Made by a program: the position numbers and the translations under genes. This document shows positions 58,666 through 64,000 of a stretch of DNA of 64,000 nucleotides, in pieces. The notes under the pieces are model-generated. The model ran no database searches and was not told where the DNA came from. It saw only the letters and a program-made list of their open reading frames with translations. Each line of letters begins with the position of its first letter. The stretch's first letter is position 1. This DNA is from Bacteroidia bacterium (GTDB lineage: Bacteria > Bacteroidota > Bacteroidia > M30B66): assembly GCA_965279035.1 (NCBI GenBank), contig OZ257142.1:3616001-3680000 (forward strand). The letters are read 5' to 3'.

Positions 58666-59088
58666 TTAGAGTAATATGTTTTCGATGTTTTTTACTTCTT
58701 GAGGTTGTATCACATAGGCTGTGAGTACACAGCCAATTTCCTTTATCCTATTCACAATTTCGATTGGGTCGATCAATTCCTGTTCGCCAACAATGCGCAA
58801 TAGGAAATCAGTTTGTTTTTGATCTGAGAGTAAATTGCTTGCTGGGTTCCGATTGGAAATTAAATACCAGCTTAAATCAGATTCGGTATCAATGTATTCG
58901 AAACAAGAAAAACTGATCATGTTTCCTTGCTTGGGCAATAAAATTTCAATATCCCGAATGCGCTCAAAATCGAGCTGTAGCGCTTGATTTAGAAAATAAC
59001 AAAGTTTGAAATCCTCTTCTTGACTGCAAATCCCAATGAGTGAGAAATCGTAGTCAACATAATTATTGAGGGTGAACTTCTTTTTCAT
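58666..59088 (-). CDS. IPExxxVDY-family conserved Bacteroidota protein
   Basis: DFSLIGI.S....KLCYFLN..L...F.R, LL.DQKQTDFLL; conserved position between rnc and pyk; start set to ATG 59088. Confidence 0.75.
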   Translation of the reverse strand: MKKKFTLNNYVDYDFSLIGICSQEEDFKLCYFLNQALQLDFERIRDIEILLPKQGNMISFSCFEYIDTESDLSWYLISNRNPASNLLSDQKQTDFLLRIVGEQELIDPIEIVNRIKEIGCVLTAYVIQPQEVKNIENILL

Positions 59089-59127
59089 GATCCGCATGCG
59101 AAGATACGTCACATTGTTGAAAAAACA

Positions 59128-59850
59128 CTAAGCTGATTCAATCTCATTGACCATCAGCAAACAAGCATTTTCAGAAGCCGCTTGTTCTGCCGTTTTCTTC
59201 GAAAATCCGACACCTTCTCCTTTGGCTTCATTGTCGATCAGAACGGTTACGTAATAAAGTTTCTGACGATCGTTTCCAGTTTCTTCGCGAGCATCAAAAT
59301 AAATACTCTTCCGGTTTCGTTGAGCCCAATTGATGAGTTTGGATTTAAAGTTCAAATCCTGGCTTTCGAGTTCATCCATATCGACATGAAAGCGGATGAT
59401 ACGTTCGAGGATGATTTTCTCAGTAAAAGCGAAGCCTTTGTCTAAGTATATAGCACCAATGAGCGCTTCGAAGGTATCGCCACAGATGGACTTGTAAAGA
59501 CGATTGGAATCATCGTACTGAATCAGTTTATCAATTCCAATCTTCAGAGCCAGCTTATTTAGGTATATACGGCTTACCATACGGGAGCGTAATTCGGTAA
59601 GGAAACCTTCGTCCTTGAAAGGGAATTTGCGAAAAAGGTAATTGGCAATGACGGCACCTAAAACGGCATCGCCTAAGAACTCCAGACGTTCGTTGGAATC
59701 TTTCACGCCAGCACGTATTTCGCGTGCTACAGAACGGTGTCGGAAAGCTTGTTCGTAAAGTCGAATGTTTCCAGGCCAAAATCCAAGTAGGTTTCGGATG
59801 GAACGATAAAGCGCACGTTGCTTTGAAAATTGTGCGGAAAGAAAACTCAC
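59128..59850 (-). CDS. rnc: Ribonuclease III
   Basis: NERLEFLGDAVL, DEGFLT..RS..V, DTFEALIGAIYLD, dsRBD with SKK.AEQ.A. Confidence 0.96.
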   Translation of the reverse strand: MSFLSAQFSKQRALYRSIRNLLGFWPGNIRLYEQAFRHRSVAREIRAGVKDSNERLEFLGDAVLGAVIANYLFRKFPFKDEGFLTELRSRMVSRIYLNKLALKIGIDKLIQYDDSNRLYKSICGDTFEALIGAIYLDKGFAFTEKIILERIIRFHVDMDELESQDLNFKSKLINWAQRNRKSIYFDAREETGNDRQKLYYVTVLIDNEAKGEGVGFSKKTAEQAASENACLLMVNEIESA

Positions 59851-59853
59851 ACG

Positions 59854-61107
59854 TTAAGCAGGATATTTCCGGAAAATAACGGAGGCATTGTGTCCACCGA
59901 AACCAAACGTATTACTCAATGCTGCACGAACAGTACGTTTCTGTGCTTTATTGAATGTAAAATTCAGTTTAGAATCCAATTCAGGATCAAGATTTTCCTG
60001 ATTGATAGTGGGAGGAACAATGTCGTTTTTAACTGCAAGTAAAGAGGCCATTGCTTCCAAAGCTCCGGCAGCACCTAATAAGTGACCGGTCATTGATTTT
60101 GTAGAACTGATGTTCATGGTGTAAGCATGCTCTCCAAAAACTCCAAGAATGGCTTTTGTTTCAGCAATATCACCTAATGGAGTAGAAGTTCCATGAACAT
60201 TGATATAATCGAGGTCTTCTGGTTGCATTCCAGCATCGTTCAGAGCTGATTTCATCACATTGAGAGCACCCAATCCTTCGGGATGAGGAGCAGTAATATG
60301 ATGAGCATCTGCAGAAGCTCCACCACCAACAATTTCGGCGTAAATTTTAGCACCTCGTTTTAAAGCATGCTCCAATTCTTCCAAAACTAAAGCACAGCCA
60401 CCTTCTCCCATGACAAATCCATCGCGGGATGCATCAAAAGGACGTGAAGCTGTTTTAGGTGATTCATTTCGTTCCGAAAGTGCATGCATGGCATTGAAAC
60501 CACCCATTGCCGGCTCATTTACAGCTGCTTCGGAACCACCAGTCATCATAATATCGGCTTTGCCCATACGAATGTAAAACATCGAATCGATGATTGCATT
60601 TGTGGAGGAAGCACAAGCAGATACAGTGGTGAAATTTGGACCTCTAAATCCGAATCGCATGGAAATGTGTCCAGAGGCAATGTCGGCAATCATTTTAGGG
60701 ATGAAAAAGGGATTGAAGCGAGGAGTTCCATCGCCTTGAGCAAAATTGGAAACTTCTTTAAAGAAGGTTTCTAATCCGCCAATTCCCGATCCCCAAATGA
60801 CACCTGAACGATCCGGATCAAAATTGTCTGGATTCAATCCAGCGTCTTTGTATGCCTCGTCAGCAGCAACAAGTGCATACTGAGCAAATAGATCAAGTCG
60901 TCCAACAGCTTTCCTATCAATCACAGCACTTGGATCGAAGTTTTTTATCTCACAAGCAAAGCGAGTTTTAAACTTCGAAGCATCAAAATGGGTGATTAAA
61001 TCTGCACCACTAACACCATTAATCAATGCCGTCCAGGTATCCTGAACATTATTGCCAAGTGGTGTAACAGCACCAAGACCAGTAACAACGACTCTTCTCA
61101 AAGGCAA
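59854..61107 (-). CDS. fabF: Beta-ketoacyl-ACP synthase II
   Basis: RRVVVTGLG, SACASS, SRPFD..RDGFVMGEG, NVHGTST, KSMTGHLLGAAG, SNTFGFGGHN. Confidence 0.96.
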   Translation of the reverse strand: MPLRRVVVTGLGAVTPLGNNVQDTWTALINGVSGADLITHFDASKFKTRFACEIKNFDPSAVIDRKAVGRLDLFAQYALVAADEAYKDAGLNPDNFDPDRSGVIWGSGIGGLETFFKEVSNFAQGDGTPRFNPFFIPKMIADIASGHISMRFGFRGPNFTTVSACASSTNAIIDSMFYIRMGKADIMMTGGSEAAVNEPAMGGFNAMHALSERNESPKTASRPFDASRDGFVMGEGGCALVLEELEHALKRGAKIYAEIVGGGASADAHHITAPHPEGLGALNVMKSALNDAGMQPEDLDYINVHGTSTPLGDIAETKAILGVFGEHAYTMNISSTKSMTGHLLGAAGALEAMASLLAVKNDIVPPTINQENLDPELDSKLNFTFNKAQKRTVRAALSNTFGFGGHNASVIFRKYPA

Positions 61108-61124
61108 AAGTTGAAAGGGGTAGC

Positions 61125-61361
61125 TTACTTCGAGTTCTTCTCGATGTAGGTAATTGCATCTCCAACAGTACCGATATTCTCAGCCTGATCGTCAGGGATG
61201 GCAATATTGAATTCTTTTTCAAATTCCATGATCAATTCAACAGTATCGAGTGAATCGGCACCTAGATCATTGGTGAAGGAAGCCTCAAGGGTAACTTCAC
61301 TTTCGTCTACTCCAAGCTTATCAACGATAATAGCTTTAACGCGGGCAGAGATGTCTGACAT
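61125..61361 (-). CDS. acpP: Acyl carrier protein
   Basis: [14 protein letters not shown] phosphopantetheine motif; start set to ATG 61361. Confidence 0.97.
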   Translation of the reverse strand: MSDISARVKAIIVDKLGVDESEVTLEASFTNDLGADSLDTVELIMEFEKEFNIAIPDDQAENIGTVGDAITYIEKNSK

Positions 61362-61539
61362 TTTGGTTGTATTATGTAAAATTCGCTGCAAAGAAAGAGT
61401 TTACTAAAATACTATCAAAATCTTTTTTCAAACAAGTGCAGGATGTTGACTCCTGTTGAGAATTGACGAAGTAAACTGTCTCATTAGGTGCTTATTTTTG
61501 GTAAGAATGGGCTATTTTCGCCGCTCAATTTCGGTGTAA

Positions 61540-62103
61540 ATGGCGAATGTGATCATCTTCGGTTCGGGAAAAGGGAGTAATGCGCGTCGACTGATTAGTT
61601 ACTTTAATGGAAATCCCCATATCAAGATCACTGCTTTGGTGAGTGATAAGCCACGTAGGGGTTTTTTGGATATTTCGTATGATCATCGCATCAATCTCGA
61701 AATTATCAAAGGACCTGAATTGGCTGATGCTAAATGGATCAACCACCTCAAGCTGATGTATCGTCCTGATTTAATCGTATTAGCTGGTTATATGCGTTTG
61801 ATTCCAGTCGAATTCATTCAAGCATTTCCCAATAAAATTATCAACCTCCACCCTGCCCTATTGCCCGAATTTGGCGGAAAAGGAATGTATGGACATCATG
61901 TTCATGAAGCAGTGATTGCAGCCGGCAGAACCGAAACGGGTATTAGTATTCATCAGGTGAATGAACGATACGATGAGGGAGAAATCCTCTTTCAAGCCAA
62001 ATGCCCTGTATTTCCAGATGATACAGTTGAAACTCTCTCAGAGCGCATTCATCAACTCGAACATGAGCACTTACCTCAACTTGTTGAAAAGTTATTGAGC
62101 TAA
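61540..62103 (+). CDS. purN: Phosphoribosylglycinamide formyltransferase
   Basis: SGKGSNA, LAGYMR, INLHPALLP.FGG.GMYG..VH, YDEG.I. Confidence 0.93.
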   Translation: MANVIIFGSGKGSNARRLISYFNGNPHIKITALVSDKPRRGFLDISYDHRINLEIIKGPELADAKWINHLKLMYRPDLIVLAGYMRLIPVEFIQAFPNKIINLHPALLPEFGGKGMYGHHVHEAVIAAGRTETGISIHQVNERYDEGEILFQAKCPVFPDDTVETLSERIHQLEHEHLPQLVEKLLS

Positions 62104-62128
62104 TCAACCTTAACGTAATTCATCCACC

Positions 62129-62590
62129 ATGCATATTGAACTTTATACCGATGGATCATCGCGTGGAAATCCGGGACCGGGAGGATATGGATTGATCTTG
62201 CGAGCTGGTCCACATTACAAGGAATTGAGTCAAGGATTTCGGCTTACGACGAATAATCGAATGGAGTTGATGAGTGTGATTGTTGGGTTGGAATCATTGA
62301 AAAATCCGGGTTCTCAGGTGATTGTATTTTCGGATTCGAAGTATGTAATCGATTCAATTACCAAAGGTTGGGTGTTTGGTTGGGTGAAAAAAGGCTTTGC
62401 AGGCAAGAAAAATAAAGACCTGTGGATGCGATTTTTAAAAATCTATCCCAAGCATCAAGTGAAATTCCAATGGGTAAAAGGTCACAATGATCACCCACAA
62501 AATGAACGCTGTGACGAGCTAGCTGTTGCAGCTGCTACAGGCGGAAATTTGCAGATAGACCTTGGATATGAATCGGGAGAAGCGGGTTAA
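62129..62590 (+). CDS. rnhA: Ribonuclease HI
   Basis: YTDGSSRGNPGPGG, TTNNRMEL, SDSKYV, NKDLW, WVKGH...NERCD.LA. Confidence 0.96.
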   Translation: MHIELYTDGSSRGNPGPGGYGLILRAGPHYKELSQGFRLTTNNRMELMSVIVGLESLKNPGSQVIVFSDSKYVIDSITKGWVFGWVKKGFAGKKNKDLWMRFLKIYPKHQVKFQWVKGHNDHPQNERCDELAVAAATGGNLQIDLGYESGEAG

Positions 62591-63999
62591 CGCCCTCCCA
62601 TCATCATTAAAATGCGTGTTAGATTAGGATCTTTCTCTTCGGAACGAATCGTATCGAGAATGATGTCCACATCGGTTACTTTTTTCTTGTAAGCTGTACG
62701 TTCGAGTTCCTTTTGTTGCACAAGGGAAACGGCCGTTCTTTTCTCAATCATCGTTTGAATTTCGGAGGAAAGTGCGTCCACTTTGGCATCGTAGCGCATT
62801 TGGAATTCGGCTAGAACTTGTATTCCAGATAAACGCAACCACCAAGCACTCGCTTTACGAGCAATGTTTTCGAATGTTGGAACTGTAGCATCCATGGTTG
62901 CTTCATCTTGAGAAACAGCATATTTTCCCATCACTTGGATAAAGACATACTTATCGTTAGGATTGTTCACTTTTTCGTATGCCGATTTAAGAAATTCGAA
63001 TTTCCCTGGAGTGCCCGATGCAGCGTATATGGCAGCAATGGAAGAAAGTAAATCGCCTTTGGCTGTTGGTTCTAGTTTAGCCAAAGCTGTTTTTGTTTTT
63101 TCCGGATCGGCTGAATACATAGCACCGAGTGCAGCACCTTGAACTAAATTGGAACTATCGCCCAGCGCTTTTTCAAATACAGGAAAAACAGTGGCATCAC
63201 CTGCACTTAAACCAGCTACTTTTTCCAATGCAGCCGAGCGCACAGAAGATTCTTCATCCTTAGCTGCTAATTGCAAAAGAATGGATTTGTATTCTTCCGG
63301 ATTTTGAGCAATGACTTCATCCATTCGATCGAGCGCATACAAACGAATATTCCAATATGAATCACGAAGAGCCATTTTCAGCAATTCGGAAATTCCTGGT
63401 TCGGATGCATTGTCCAATAATATATCAAGTGCCTGAAAACGATCGCGGTAACGTTTACCTTGAAGAAATAAAGTTTGAGCTTCTGCTAGAATAAGGTGTT
63501 GATCGAGTTTACCCAATAACTGATGTTCGGCATCAAGTAAAACCAAATCGGGACGAGCTGCTGCTTTTAAACGAAAGGTGGTTTTCATACTATCCACCAC
63601 AATACGTGTACGGCGAATGTTTCCTTTTTCGTAAATGTCCACATCCAAAGGCAATTTGTACATCGGACTTGATTCTCGATTTTGCGTTTGTTCTACTTCT
63701 ATCACCGATTCCGAAGTTGCTTCATCCCAAGAAATTTTAGCATTGAGAATAGGATGTCCTTTATCGAGAAACCATTGATTAAAGAACCAATTCAAATCTT
63801 CACCTGTGACTTTTTCGAAAGCCAAACGCAGATGATGAATTTCGGCTGCTTGATAGCGATTATCGGTTAGATAGGTTTTCAATCCTTCGAAAAAAGCATC
63901 ATCGCCCAAGTATTTACGCAACATGTGAATAACGCAAGCTCCTTTTTGGTAAGAATGTCGATCAAACATATCCTCGCGGAAATCATAATCGAAGCGGAT
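62587..63999 (-). CDS. M1 family aminopeptidase, C-terminal part with HEAT-like repeats (5' truncated by window edge)
   Basis: SYQKGA.V.HMLR..LGD..F...L..YL, DLNWFFNQW...G.P; HEAT-like VRSAALE; frame open to the window end. Confidence 0.88.
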   Translation of the reverse strand: MRFDYDFREDMFDRHSYQKGACVIHMLRKYLGDDAFFEGLKTYLTDNRYQAAEIHHLRLAFEKVTGEDLNWFFNQWFLDKGHPILNAKISWDEATSESVIEVEQTQNRESSPMYKLPLDVDIYEKGNIRRTRIVVDSMKTTFRLKAAARPDLVLLDAEHQLLGKLDQHLILAEAQTLFLQGKRYRDRFQALDILLDNASEPGISELLKMALRDSYWNIRLYALDRMDEVIAQNPEEYKSILLQLAAKDEESSVRSAALEKVAGLSAGDATVFPVFEKALGDSSNLVQGAALGAMYSADPEKTKTALAKLEPTAKGDLLSSIAAIYAASGTPGKFEFLKSAYEKVNNPNDKYVFIQVMGKYAVSQDEATMDATVPTFENIARKASAWWLRLSGIQVLAEFQMRYDAKVDALSSEIQTMIEKRTAVSLVQQKELERTAYKKKVTDVDIILDTIRSEEKDPNLTRILMMMGGR

Positions 64000-64000
64000 T

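Noticed and set aside
34351-62590. Clustering of RNA-metabolism genes (rnpB, DEAD helicase, mnmA, rny, rnc, rnhA)
   Set aside because: Each sits in its own ordinary conserved neighbourhood on mixed strands; no sign of a joint system.
1-64000. CRISPR arrays, tRNA/rRNA genes, prophage, reverse transcriptase/DGR or known defence genes
   Set aside because: None recognised by eye; the only long repeats are coding repeats and IS ends.

Overview
Chromosomal window from an AT-rich Bacteroidota bacterium, judged by T9SS sorting domains, TAnnTTTG promoters and the typical acpP-fabF-rnc-pyk and zapA-rny gene orders. It opens inside a giant (>4580 aa, 5' end off-window) T9SS type-A surface protein with three 819-bp tandem repeats, followed by tonB, xerD, aroQ, bioD and bioA. 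An AT-rich accessory stretch (~18.6-33.1 kb) holds an IS3 element split exactly at its -1 frameshift A-tract by an intact IS1595 element (8-bp TSD). It also holds a 2213-aa T9SS type-B protein very rich in D-(S/T)-x O-glycosylation motifs, and an OmpA-domain gene paired with an uncharacterised secreted metzincin-like protease gene. Next come marR and a small membrane-protein gene sharing a palindromic operator, an unexplained structured intergenic element, RNase P RNA and a DEAD-box helicase. The rest is an M23/MORN/mnmA/lipoprotein/S8 cluster, zapB-zapA-rny, a 9-gene surface-glycan locus (including GT17 and two Wzy_C proteins) and core genes (M42, pyk, rnc, fabF, acpP, purN, rnhA, partial M1 aminopeptidase). 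All calls come from manual motif recognition; no database searches were run.
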